The position numbers were made by a program, and so were the translations under genes. A DNA stretch of 64,000 nucleotides from positions 124,001-188,000 of the forward strand of contig JAQGDQ010000183.1 in assembly GCA_030141605.1 (NCBI GenBank), in the 5' to 3' direction. Shown one piece after another: positions 37,399 through 52,405 of this stretch; the first letter of the stretch is position 1, and every line of letters starts with the position of its first letter. The notes under the pieces are model-generated. The model made no database searches, was not told where the DNA came from, and saw only the letters and a program-made list of their open reading frames with translations. Origin of the DNA: Tubiluchus corallicola. Its lineage: Eukaryota; Animalia; Priapulida.

Positions 37399-37925
37399 AG
37401 GAAGACCGGACGATTATTTAGAACCAATCTCATTTTATTTTACTGTCCAAAATATACATTTTTCTTGCGTGTAAAAGTTAGCAATTGTTTCTTATGTTTG
37501 AATAATTACATGTAGCTTGGAAAGTTAATCAACAGCAACCGAAGACAGCTATCGCTTACGTCAGAAACTAACCACAGTTTGTGCAATGGCAGGCATCTTC
37601 CGTTGAGCGTCAAGTACGTTTGCGTTATGTCACGAAAATGGGCTCTACGTCATATAACGTCAGAAACTAATACTGCAGTTCATGATCATGGTTATCACGA
37701 TACCGTCTTCTATTTATTGGCCACGTGCACGTGACAAAAAGGTGCTGCTGCCAGTCTCAGTAGATTCACTGAGCCGCGCGTTTGAACTTTGAAAGTTTAA
37801 CAAAATTTGAGTTTCCGTGGTAATTATTATTTAATCTAAGCTTTGAAAAAAAGCTGTTGTAGTTTTTAGTATTTTAGAGCATTCTTTTTTCCGAACCAAT
37901 GATTACACAATTGTCCGGTTTTCCT
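37399..37925 (+). mobile_element. Kolobok-like non-autonomous DNA transposon (inverted copy at ~2750-3285)
   Basis: TTAA|AGGAAGACCGGAC ... GTCCGGTTTTCCT. The body is the reverse complement of 2750-3285, which ends GTCTTCCT|TTAA. Confidence 0.7.
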
Positions 37926-39567
37926 TACTTTTACTTTTACTTCCATTACTTCCATGTACAATGCTACATTATTGCATGTAGAACTTGCGTTAACAGTAAC
38001 GCTGTATAAAATTTGTAAACTTAGACTCCCGGGATTGCAATTAAGTGCAGCCATTTTAACAGTAAGTCGTTTGAAACAAGTTTAGATGACATTTCGTAAA
38101 GTTTTAAAAAATAATCAGAGCATTCGTAGCACAATCGTCACTAATTAGTGAAAGTATAAATTACCTTATATTGTCAGCAAGATCAATAATATGTTTTTGG
38201 TGAACCAGTGGTGCACACTGAGGTGGCGAAACAGTGACGTTTGGGCAGGTTGCTTGAACATTTTAAATTGTTAAGAATTTTCTTTTCCAATTTCGTAAGT
38301 GCAATGCAGGGAAGTGTAATACTAAGTAATATAACTTTGTATGTAAAATCTTTTGGAATATCCATTTAATTTTGACATGGATATAGATATGGTGATTTTT
38401 TTGGGATAGGCTATTTCTTTATGTCCAAAATTAAGTTGATAAAGATAGGCTTGTGATTAGTGATGGGCGATTTTAAAATTTTCTAATTCGATTATAATTT
38501 AGTTCTTGTAATTTTATATCACGATTAATCTTTTGCGACAATTTTTTTAGTGTTCTAGCCATATTTTTGATACATTGCTGCACTGAAACATAGCCTATGA
38601 ACTTCTTCAATGCTTTGGTCGCTGGCTGCCATTTTTGTACTCGTTAACTATTTTTATAGACGCATACATTCATTTATTACTCTATTACTATGTCAACCAC
38701 ACGCGTCACGCGAAAGCGAATAAGAAACCCTAGTTTGCAACACTGTGGCTTACAATTGTGCACATTGTGTAAGGTGAGAAAAACGAAGAAGAAAATGCAA
38801 GAATTCAGTTTATTTGTGCTAAAACTCTACCTTTTAGTCTATGTGTAACGCGTATAATTGTGCTTTCGAATAATCTCGCTTAATTGAATTACGGTTCAAT
38901 AGTCGATTATATCGATTTATACATGGTTGTAATCTCGATTAATTCGATTAATCAAATAATTACTCATCATTACTTGTCATTGCTAATCCATCTAAGATGA
39001 AACACTGAACCGGCCGGTGTGCCTCATAGTCTCAGCCATGCTTTATGATGTCATGCTATACGCTCCTGGAACATGATACATCAACAAGATAGACAAGATA
39101 AAATGTTAAACCCGCTGGTCGCTCATCTATGCAATAGCCCGTCTTGGCATTGCTTAAATTTTATTGTGGAGCACACGCCATCACCACTGTGCTGTTCATT
39201 TTGTTTCACAGCCTCATTAATAGCACAGAGGGCCTCATTTAAATTTGATGCATAATTTTAAATGTCTAATGGGAACTGTTTGTTAGAATTTTGTTTAAAC
39301 ATAACTGTCTACTGTGACATGTCAGCTTTTCGCAATATTTTGAGCCTCATTTTGCCAAACTTATGCAAACATTTATTATGCTAATAGAGTTTGAACTTGA
39401 TAGAGTTGAGTGATGCTTATTTAATTGCCTTTGATAACATTATCCGTTTAATCTGAGCGTTCTCTAATGCACTTGGTAAACGCAATTGCCGGCTTCTTTA
39501 AACTGAATTAATGTAACTGGATGATTGTGAAATGAAAAAAAGTTTTTAGAGCAATTACTATACTCCA

Positions 39568-41290
<1,723 letters not shown>

Positions 41291-41375
41291 ACTATAAAGG
41301 AAAAATCAAGTTGATATTCTGATAAAATATTGTACAGAACACCCCTTTCGCACTAAATGTAAGTTTCTGTTGAAG

Positions 41376-44300
41376 CTAAGTTATGTATCTGCCCTATATA
41401 AAAGCGGTCGTCTCTGCTCTTTTACTAGACCAGTTAGCTTAATCCACAACGGTTTGAACTCGATTTCACCATTATTTTTGAATCTACTTCATGTAATTTG
41501 CCAATAAAGCTATCGTTTAGAAACACATCATTCTGTTGTTTCGTGGATGGAAGAGTCATAGACTGCTTGGTCTCCGCATCTGCTGGTACCGAACCAACCT
41601 GGGTAGTTTTAACCCCTGTCTGCAAGGTACCGCCTACACTTCAATATATTTTAATATACTTTGCGTATTTTTTATTCTTTGGGCAATAGAATACGTTTAC
41701 AAACAAACAATTGCATTGTTTATTTAAATTCGTTTATGTTGCCTGAAAGCGAACAGCGTAAAGCTACTGCAAATTTGCATTATTAAATAAAACATTCTTT
41801 CCTATAGTCTACTTTTTTGTAATTTTATTTTTTGCCTACCTCTTTTAAAAGAGGCGTTTCTTGCGCGGTTAGAAGCACATATGGCCTGACTTTTTAGTTT
41901 TTCTTCGCTGGAGTTCGAGTACATATCTTTTTACCTACATGTATAAATTTCATCATGATTTCTGAGCTTGATAGCACACACGCACAGAACTTCAGTCTTA
42001 TTGGTGCCAATCTCATACACAACCACCATGATTATTACAAATGGCCTGACTTTTTTAGTTCTTACTTCACAGGAGTTCGAGTACATCTCTTATCTAATTA
42101 CCTAGATGTATAAATTTCATCATGGTTTATTGGCTTGATAGCACGCACGCACGCACGCACGCACAGAACTTCAGCTTCGTTGGTGTCATTCATGCACAGC
42201 CACTGTACTTGATTAAAAAGCCATTATTCTCTAAATACGTACGATAGTCGTGTAGTTTGCAAAATAAACCTATGAAGTAGGACTGCTGATAATCATTCAA
42301 TCATTGTAAACAGGTAGAATCACCTACCTGCGCACTTGACACACAATCCATTCTGCAATGCATGGTCGACTCGCATGTGCCGGTATTTGAGGGGCGGGGT
42401 CGTATTTTCTACTGAAACTTAGCACCCCCATGTACGGATTTAAGTTTTGAAATCTCTGTTTTGAACTAGCATTGGGTGCTGAGTTGTATTTTCAAAACTA
42501 ATAGACTTATCCACCTTCCAAAAAGTAGTTTGGAGGCAATATATAACAGTGGTTAGGTCGTCCCGGGTTGCCACCTCTTTCTGCACGTGAGCGCCCCCTG
42601 TAAGCACGTCATCCATGAGTAACTGGTCATTGTTGATGTACTATATTCCCTTCCATGTTTGAACTGACACGGGAGGGCGTCGGTTACACGGAGTTCAGAT
42701 ATTTGTGTATTTAGTTTTTTTATCCGGGTTTCTGGTTTAAAAGTGCCGCACGTTTGATCTTTTACGGAATAAGATTTAGAGTGAGTATCAAATCATTTGT
42801 GTCTTTACGTATGTATAGACTATTTTAAGTTTGTTTTTATGACTATAAGCGTAATATGTGGTTGAAAGGGTAAACAACGCCTAGTTTGGCTTTCCTATAT
42901 GGGCGTGAGTGTTTACAAGTTTTGTGTGCGTTTGAATTTGAACTGTAAAAGTCGTACTAAATTTTTGTCAAGAAATCAAAAGTAGCTAAAGAGTTAGCTT
43001 AAACATAATTTATTATAGGATTGGATCAGACAGTTTGAACAACATGATTTAGGATCCTCACCACAACAGACTTTATACACTATTTACAAAAACATTTACA
43101 GTAAGAATAGACTATAAGTACACAAGCTGACAAGTTTTACTTACATTAGACATTAGTAGAAAATGACGGTTAGAAAATATTAATGTACGAATATTTAAGA
43201 CTGATGCATTTCATATCAGATAGAAACTACTGGAAGCTAAAGAGTTAACGTACTGTATGGATAGTGTATTATGTACTTATATGTTAGTCAAATTAATGTA
43301 CTTTTTCGTATGGATGCAGTGTAAATTTTTATAGTATTTTGAACATAATGTTAGTGCAAGTTTCTTTGGTACGAATTTTGTTAAACTCTTATTTGAAGTG
43401 GTCAAAACTAATTATGGATCTAATGCGATTTTCAGTTTGAAAAATATGGGACTCTTTTGCTGAGTGTGTTTGAATTTCTGCTCATAAATCCGGTTTTCTT
43501 TCCTCGGGCTTGTTATTTTTGCCTGTTAATTACAACCTTGTATCAACCGAAAAGAACGCCAACGGATATCTTTATCAGAAAATTAGTGAGAATTGTCTTT
43601 AAAATAAGATAGTGATTTTCTGAGACTTGCCATGGTCTTAACTGCAGGAGAAGTCAAAATGCCCATTGATTCTCGAAAAATTCTTAATTTTTTCGCAAGG
43701 TTTAATCCCTCGCGGACTTCTTCAGCTAAAATGAACTTGATATCAGCTAAAATGAACTTGATATCAGCTAAAATGAACTTGATATCAGCTAAAATGAACT
43801 TGATATCAGCTAAAATCAACTTGATATCAGCTAAAATGAACTTGATATCAGCTAAAATCTAAGTTATGTATCTGCCCTATATAAAAGCGGTCGTTTCTGC
43901 TCTTTTACTAGACCAGTTAGCTTAATCCACAACGGTTTGAACTCGATTTCACCATTATTTTTGAATCTACTTCATGTAATTTGCCAATAAAGCTATCGTT
44001 TTTCTTACACATCATTCTGTTGTTTCGTGGATGGAAGAGTCATAGACTGCTTGGTCTCCGCATCTGCTGGTACCGAACCAACCTGGGTAGTTTTAACCCC
44101 TGTCTGCAAGGTACCGCCTACACTTCAATATATTTTAATATACTTTGCGTATTTTTTATTCTTTGGGCAATAGAATACGTTTACAAACAAACAATTGCAT
44201 TGTTTATTTAAATTGTTTATTTAAATTCGTTTATGTTGCCTGAAAGCGAACAGCGTAAAGCTACTGCAAATTTGCATTATTAAATAAAACATTCTTTCCT

Positions 44301-46600
44301 ACAGTCTACTTTTTTGTAATTTTATTTTTTGCCTACCTCTTTTAAAAGAGGCGTTTCTTGCGCGGTTAGAAGCACATATGGCCTGACTTTTTAGTTTTTC
44401 TTCGCTGGAGTTCGAGTACATATCTTTTTACCTACATGTATAAATTTCATCATGATTTCTGAGCTTGATAGCACACACGCACAGAACTTCAGTCTTATTG
44501 GTGCCAATCTCATACACAACCACCATGATTATTACAAATGGCCTGACTTTTTTAGTTCTTACTTCACAGGAGTTCGAGTACATCTCTTATCTAATTACCT
44601 AGATGTATAAATTTCATCATGGTTTATTGGCTTGATAGCACGCACGCACGCACGCACAGAACTTCAGCTTCGTTGGTGTCATTCATGCACAGCCACCGTA
44701 CTTGATTAAAAAGCCATTATTGTCTAAATACGTACGATAGTCGCGTAGTTTGCAAAATAAACCTATGAAGTAGGACTGCTGATAATCATTCAATCATTCT
44801 AAACAGGTAGAATCACCTACCTGCGTACTTGACACACAATCCATTCTGCAATGCATGGTCGACTCGCATGTGCCGGTATTTGAGGGGCGGGGTCATATTT
44901 TATACTGAAACTTAGCACCCCCGGATGTACGGATTTAAGTTTTGAAATCTCTGTTTTGAACTAGCAACGAGTGCTGAGTTGTATCTTCAAAACTAATAGA
45001 CTTATCCACCTTCCAAAAAGTAGTTTGGAGGCAATATATAGAAGTGGTTAGGTCGTCCCGGGTTGCCACCTCTTTTTCTGCACGTGAGCGCCCCCTGTAA
45101 GTACGTCATCCATGAGTAACTGGTCATTGTTGATGTACTATATTCCCGTCCATGTTTGAACTGACACGGGAGGGCGTCGGTTACACGGAGTTCAGATATT
45201 TGTGTGTTTAGTTTTTTTATCCGGGTTTCTGGTTTAAAAGTGCCGCACGTTTGATCTTTTACGGAATAAGATTTAGAGTGAGTATCAAATCAGTTGTGTC
45301 TTTACGTATGTATAGACTATTTTAAGTTAATTTTTATGAGTATAAGCGTAATATGTGGTTCTTGCCGTGAAAGGGTAAACAACGCCTAGTTAGGCTTTCC
45401 TATATGGGCGTGAGTGTTTACAAGTTTTGTGTGCGTTTGAATTTGAACAGTAAAAGTCGTACTAAATTTTTGTCAAGAAATCAAAAGTAGCTAAAGAGTT
45501 AGTTTAAACATAATTTATTATAGGATTGGATCAGACAGTTTGAACAACATGATTTAGGATCCTCACCACAACAGACTTTATACACTATTTACAAAAACAT
45601 TTACAGTAAGAATAGACTATAACTACACAAGCTGACAAGTTTCACTTACATTAGACACTAACATAGAAAATATTAATGTACGAATATTTAAGACTGATGC
45701 ATTTCATATCAGATAGAAACTACTGGAAGCTAAAGAATTAAGTATTATGTACTTGCATATTAGTCAAATTAATGTACTTTTTTCCTATGGAGGCAATGTT
45801 TATTTTGATAGGTATTTTGAACATAACGTTAGTGCAAGTTTCTTTGGTACGAATTTTGTTAAACTCTTATTTGAAGTGATCAAAACTAATTATGGATCTA
45901 ATACGATTTTCAGTTTGAAAAATATGGGTCTCTTTTGCGGAGTGTGTTTGAATTTCTGCTCATAAATCCGGTTTTCTTTCCTCGGGCTTGTTATTTTTGC
46001 CTGTTAATTACAACCTTGTATCAACCGAAAAGAACGCCAACGGATATCTTTATCAGAAAATTAGTGAGAATTGTCTTTAAAATAAGATAGTGATTTTCTG
46101 AGACTTGCCATGGTCTTAACTGCAGGAGAAGTCAAAATGCCCATTGATTCTCGAAAAATTCTTAATTTTTTCGCAAGGTTTCATGCCTCGCGGACTTCTT
46201 CAGCTAAAGTCAACTTGATGTCAGCTAAAATGAACTTGATATCAGCTAAAATGAACTTGATATCAGCTAAAATGAACTTGATATCAGCTAAAATCAACTT
46301 GATATCAGCTAAAATGAACTTGATATCAGCTAAAATCAACTTGATATCAGCTAAAATCAACTTGATATCAGCTAAAATCAACTTGATATCAGCTAAAATT
46401 AACTTGATATCAGCTAAAATGAACTTGATATCAGCTAAAATCAACTTGATATCAGCTAAAATGAACTTGATATCAGCTAAAATTAACTTGATATCAGCTA
46501 AAATCAACTTGATATCAGCTAAAATCAACTTGATATCAGCTAAAATCAACTTGATATCAGCCCAAATGAACTTGATATCAGCTAAAATCAACTTGATATA
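41376..46600. repeat. ~2.48-kb tandem duplication (41376-43859 and 43860-46600), each unit ending in a 21-bp minisatellite
   Basis: Offsets of 2478-2483 bp (e.g. 43632 vs 46110). Unit tcagctaaaatgaacttgata has ~6.5 copies at 43722-43859 and ~19 at 46200-46600. Confidence 0.95.
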
Positions 46601-46933
46601 GCCTAGATTTTGACGGATTTCTTGATCTTCCTGCATCCGTCAATATTTAGGCTATGAGTCCGTGCAGGACGAATCCGAGCTTGCGTGATTTTAGGCTTCT
46701 GAGAAAAATAATGAATTTCTTGATGCTTAATAGGCATTTTGACTTCTTTTATGGTTAGTGAGAATTTGATATTTCTGGTGCGCATAGTCATTTTTTTGCT
46801 TTTTTGCATGCCTTTATCTTGAACATCTAGTGACTAGTGGCCCTATTTCGGACGGCTGCCTAAAAATAAAGAAATAATGGAATTAGCGTAATGCGTTGGC
46901 TCTTGAGCATTTGCTGTACTGTACCTCGCTGGG

Positions 46934-47205
46934 AGTCCCTGCTCTGTGGTAATCCAGTAGTCATGTCTGTGTCTGTCAGCGTCGTGTAGTCCCTGCTCTG
47001 TGGTAATCCAGTAGTCATGTCTGTGTCTGCCAGCGTCGTGTGGTCCCTGCTGTGTTGTAATCCAGTGGTCATGTCTGTGTCTGTCAGCGTTGTGTAGTCC
47101 CTGCTCTGTTGTAATCCAGTGGTCATGTCTGTGCCTGCCAGCGTCGTGTAGTCCATGCTCTGTTGTAATCCAGTGGTCATGTCTGTGCCTGTCAGCGTCG
47201 TGTAT
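46934..47205. repeat. 54-bp minisatellite, ~5 copies
   Basis: Unit gtccctgctctgtkgtaatccagtrgtcatgtctgtgtctgycagcgtcgtgta. Confidence 0.9.
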
Positions 47206-47276
47206 TCTCTTTATCGGACTTGTGCAGAACAGTAGTCTGCTAATAATGTGGATTTAATACTGGTGTCGTTTTGTAA

Positions 47277-47874
47277 TCTAATATGATTGCCAGTAATCCG
47301 CAGGGTGTCTCTGTGTGGATTATATTCTGATTGCAATTATTGGTTCGAGCTGTGCGTCTGTCTGTGTGTCTGCCCGTTTCCAGATTTTCTCCGTCGTGAA
47401 GTAAAGTAGGGAGTTCGTACTTAGCGTGGCCCTCTATTGAGTTCTTAAAATTATTTCCTATTTTATCAAAAATGCTTTCAGGAATTCGCATTATTGGTTC
47501 CTAAGCGTCCTGGAAAGCAGAAGGGCTGAGTTCGAGTCCCAGCGTAGGCGTAAAATTTTCAGACTTTCTAATTTAGAATTGCTTTGTAAGCAACAAATTA
47601 TTGGATTACCATTCCTAGAATCAAACGACTGTTTGTACGGCATTTTTTCCTTTATCTTTTGGCCCTCAATGGAATTTTGTGGAGTTTTTTCCAAGTAATT
47701 GTAGCTTCACTGAAGAAGAACATTTACAGATTTATGCTTCATTCCACTATTGAAGTAACAATTTTTTCTGGACCTGTAATCATGGTTTCCATCTTACTAT
47801 TGTATTCCTTACTTTGTCCACTCGCCATGCTCGATGGCGATTTGTACCGCAAAGTAGAAACCAGTTTATCCTAG
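47277..47874 (+). mobile_element. Putative non-autonomous Helitron
   Basis: Starts A|TC, ends CTAG|T, subterminal hairpin TCGCCATGCTCGATGGCGA, internal (CTGT)n-like tract. The hairpin is farther from CTAG than is typical. Confidence 0.4.
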
Positions 47875-49813
47875 TCAGTATTTGTAGTACGTATTAGTAA
47901 TAGAAGCTAGAATTCCCTGTAAGTCTTAAAAAATCTTTATTGAGAGAAAAAATGTAAGATTCTTTAGAGTCTTAAAGGGCGCTGTGGCTTCTGTGAAAAA
48001 GGCTTTTGTCAATATATGTAGCAACATAAACCAAACTCCTTTAGTGGCACAAACACTTTGTTATTGACTGTCTTTTCTGTACACTACGTTGTGACTACTA
48101 GATTAAAACCTGTAAAAGCTCAAATCAGTTGAAACTGGTTAACCTTGGGCAATGTATCAGAAACCAGTCAGGTGAGAAAATGATTCACTGTAGTCTAACT
48201 TGCTGTAAAGTTATAATGTTGCTAAAGTTTATAAAGTTCATAAACAAACTCGTGAATCAGTTCACGACAGCTTCTGTTTTGCTGTTATTATTAATTATTA
48301 TTATTAATATAATTCTTTATTTTTAAAAACTATGTACAGAATACATTCCCTCTATTTGTAGGGATATGTTTAAAATTTCTAAAAGCTTTTACAACGTATT
48401 AAGCCTATTCACAGACATATAAAATTTAGAATCCAACGCATGAGACACACTGAACGACAACGATCATATACAATAGACATAGTTACAAATTATACATACA
48501 TAATAAAAGATAACGAACATATTTTAATACTTAGTAACAAAAATTTACATACATTATACACAATGAAAACAGCGAGTACAATTATAATAAACATAATTAC
48601 CAATTCTAATGTAAATTCACATAATCATAAATAAAGCGAAACAGCATATAGAAAACACGACGAGAGTTGTAAAATTTCATCACCATCAGACTGTTTATAT
48701 ACGGGCGAAAGACGTTAGGAATTCATCCGAGATAAGATTTGCAAAAGCATTTATAGCATTATTATCCCGGCTAGAGAAAACATAGTCCGAATCTAACGAA
48801 TCTGCTGTTATGACCAATAGGTAGAGGTCAGAAGAGCACTATCTTATCTTATTTTCAAGGTAATTATCAGTCACTTTTCTTGTTCGCTAATCACTTAGAG
48901 GTTTTAGCGTTGTTTACATAAAATTGTGACGTAATTTCTCACTTTTTCCCTCGTTACAAACCTACAGTGCATGGAAAGTTACCTGGTAACCTTTGGTTAT
49001 TTTAATTTGACTGTTTGTCGGCCAGGTGGACTTAAATACTATTTCCGTTTTTGTGCGACATTTTAGAGTGCTAGCTCCTGTGTTTCCATCTACTAGCATT
49101 ATTATTAAACTACTAAAAGCTGGGTTCTAATATTGTATATAAAATTTGCTGCCTAGTTGTCCTGTTTTGTCCACTTTAATTTCGGAATTTTTTTGTCTCG
49201 CTTCGGTTTGTTATTCATTTTCCAAACAGCGGGAGTAAAATCAGGTCACGTAACAGCCGCTTGCGCGCATCCCGGGATTCGGAGTGCAGCAAGCTCAACA
49301 ACAGCAGCAGCTGCATATCTCATTCTGTGAGTGGTGTGATGCGCTGAGCTTGTCTGTGCATACCAGGAGGAGGGTGTGTTTGATTGTAAAAGCAGTGAGC
49401 GGAAACCAGAGTTGGACTTGTTGACAAGGTATGGCTTCCAAATCATTATCTATGGCTTCTAAATTGTCATCTGTGATTTCTTTTTCTTGACTCTTGAAAA
49501 TTATAGTGAATTCTTGGACGAGCTTGCAGTCACTGTTGTATTAGTTTGTATGGCGTTGTCCTGAAGTGCTTTTTAGCTGTGGTGTGATGTGTTTTACGTA
49601 AATTTTCATATTACTATGTAGATTATTTTGTTGAGTACAGTACTATCTACTCGTTAAGCGTAAATAATGAATTGTAGCACTTATGTCAAATTTTTGGGTA
49701 TTAAAAATCAAAAGGTCAAGGTCACAACTGCGGAAAATGAATGTCAAAATAATTTTTTTCTTTATTAATATGTCACACGTGTGACACTTCGTGTCAACGC
49801 AATTGCAAGTTAA

Positions 49814-50398
49814 AGCAAAACCGGACCCAATCTTAAACTGTAAGTTAAAACAATCTACTCTTTAAAATATTGAAAGGAAACATATTATTTTTTAAAAAAA
49901 TGATTCTCGTGAAAGAATTATTATCACACAAACACAATTTCACGTTCGCTCCACTAGTTTTTGGCTGTTACACGCATTTCGACATTCGCTAGTTAGACGG
50001 GCACTAGCGCCTGCATTTCGAAAATGCATTACACAAACAACATGTACTGTACCTCTCAGTTCAGATGTATTAGTTTGTGACGACTTACACAGCTCATGCG
50101 CAAGCACAGCGTAAAACTTGCCCAGTTTTAGTACAACACATTCAAAATCTTACAGTAGCACTGTACTTCAATTTTCGCTTTCGCAAACACGTGCAACACG
50201 TTCGCGGAATGTTTTTGCTGTTGAAAATTGAGTTAGTTTGTGATGTCATCAACAGTTGAGCTCGCACGTCGTTAGTTAAGTTTTTAATCCATTAATTAAT
50301 AATCAGAAACGCTTGTGCAGTATCAATTGTGTTATAATGTATACTTTTAATCGGACTTGAAAATGGCGGTAGTATACGAAAAATTATCCTGTCTTCCT
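49814..50398 (+). mobile_element. Second Kolobok-like family (copies or fragments at ~20960-21205, 21700-22100, 34742-35151, 35400-35859 inverted, 60138-60600)
   Basis: Flanked by TTAA on both sides; ends ATCCTGTCTTCCT; shared internal blocks (gcgcctgcatttcg, gtacctctcagttc, gtagcactgtacttcaatttt). Confidence 0.7.
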
Positions 50399-50952
50399 TT
50401 AAATTTCCAACGTAACATTAGAAGATGCAGTGCTATACTAGTAACCGTTGGTTCTGGATATTTAGATGTCGTATGATTTCGATCTGCGTAGAGAGACCCT
50501 CATGGCCAGAAAGACAAAGATTTCTCTTTTATGAACGGACCTCTTCAAAACGTACTCTATGTTTGTCCTACTTCCCTGACTGATTGTAGTTTTCGTTTTT
50601 CCCACCAGAAAATTCACAAAGGAGGCCTGTAGGCTCATTAGGGTGGGTATTTAAATTGCTTATTTATCATCAGACTTAATTGAATCAATTATTGAAGTTG
50701 AAAGATTTATTGGAGCGTTTAAGAACGGCGGCTGTTTATTTTTTTATTTTGCAACAAGCAGAAGAGAAATAAGAACTTGTTTAGCCCTGGCGTCCATAGA
50801 ACGTTCACGCTGGGGTGTTTAATTGTAATTTGTTCGCGCATCATTGAAATCATTTTAAGTGCTTTCCAATTACAACGTTTACACCCATGTTTCGAGTGAG
50901 TGTGTCTGTAGTACAGTATAGCAGATTATAGTATAAATATTTATATATGAAA

Positions 50953-51182
50953 CAAAGATTTAATTATATAAAGATATAGTAATTGAATAATTAATATCTT
51001 TAATTAATAAAAATATACAAACGTACATATACATACATACATACATACATACCTACCTACCTACCTACCTACCTACCTACCTACATACATACATACATAC
51101 GTACGTACGTACATACATACATACATACATACATACATACATACATACATACATACAAACAAACATAAACAAACAAACAAAG

Positions 51183-51248
<66 letters not shown>

Positions 51249-52320
51249 ACACACACACACACACATAAATACATATTATGGTAAATCTTTATTTGAAAAC
51301 AGATAAAATTTGAAAACAGTAACTGCGTGATTTTTATTTGTCATTCTGCGGGGACATTGGCAACATTTTGCAGCTTCTTTTCCATAATTTTTCACAAGCA
51401 ACCATTTCTTGTTTTAATTTCCACAACGATAAACCAAAAAAAACTCGAGCAAGTGATTGAAGCCATGGATACACTAAAATACTAAAGTACATTTGTCATC
51501 CCAGTGAAGACGAACTGCGCAATGCAAGTCGTACCTTAAAATTTTAAGCTCGGTATCTGCTCTAGTAGCATTTTTAACATGTTGCCACAAAGGCGTAAAA
51601 ATAATCCGTATAGACACACCGTTTCATTAAACTGCTTCAACATGATAAGACTACTATATTGTACGTTGACCGGAATGGCTGTCATTTCGATCTAAGTTGT
51701 TTTAGGCATTAACTATGCATACAGCAAGCGGTGACGCCCATTTTGGAATTAATTACTCCTGCAGTCACTTCCTATTTGCAATGCTCTCTACTTGACCTTC
51801 CCTTAATCACGTTAATTACATGCCTCTTGAAACAACGTAATTATTATTAACAACGTGAACGAAAGTACAGACAGGTTCGTGAAATGAATGGCATTATTTA
51901 AGCACGAATTCAATTCATAAAAAGATAAAATAAGTTATTTCCCGTCGCAGATAATAGTCTATGCGAAGGTAGGGGGTTTAATCAGAATAAAAAGGGCTAA
52001 AGTCACTAAACTTGGCCAAGGGCCAAACACACGCAAGACCTGCAAACTCAAAATAGCAAAGGTCCAACGACGAGATCAAAAAATGTCGAAAATACTTCTT
52101 CGCGGTTGACTGATCAGTTTATTTCTGCTAAAAGCCATATACAAATATATACACACATACAATAACATTTAAACTGTGTCACGCTAATGTTAAACATCTA
52201 TAACTAAAAAATCACATAAAAGTATATGAAATAAAGATTTAATTATATAAAGATGTAGTAATTAGCTAATTAATATCTTTAATTAATAAAAATATACATA
52301 CGCACGTATACACATGCATG

Positions 52321-52371
<51 letters not shown>

Positions 52372-52405
52372 GCACGCACGCACGCACGCAAACGCACACA
52401 CACAC
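50953..52405. repeat. Two copies of an AT-rich ~70-bp motif, each followed by CA-rich microsatellites (50953-51265, also TACA/CCTA; 52233-52405)
   Basis: aaagatttaattatataaagat...taattaatatctttaattaataaaaatatac is present twice. Confidence 0.8.

Noticed and set aside
46652-46676. Hammerhead-like CTATGAGTCCGTGCAGGACGAATCC
   Set aside because: Stem II is perfect, but the core lacks the essential G of CUGAUGA and the third A of GAAA, and I found no stems I or III.
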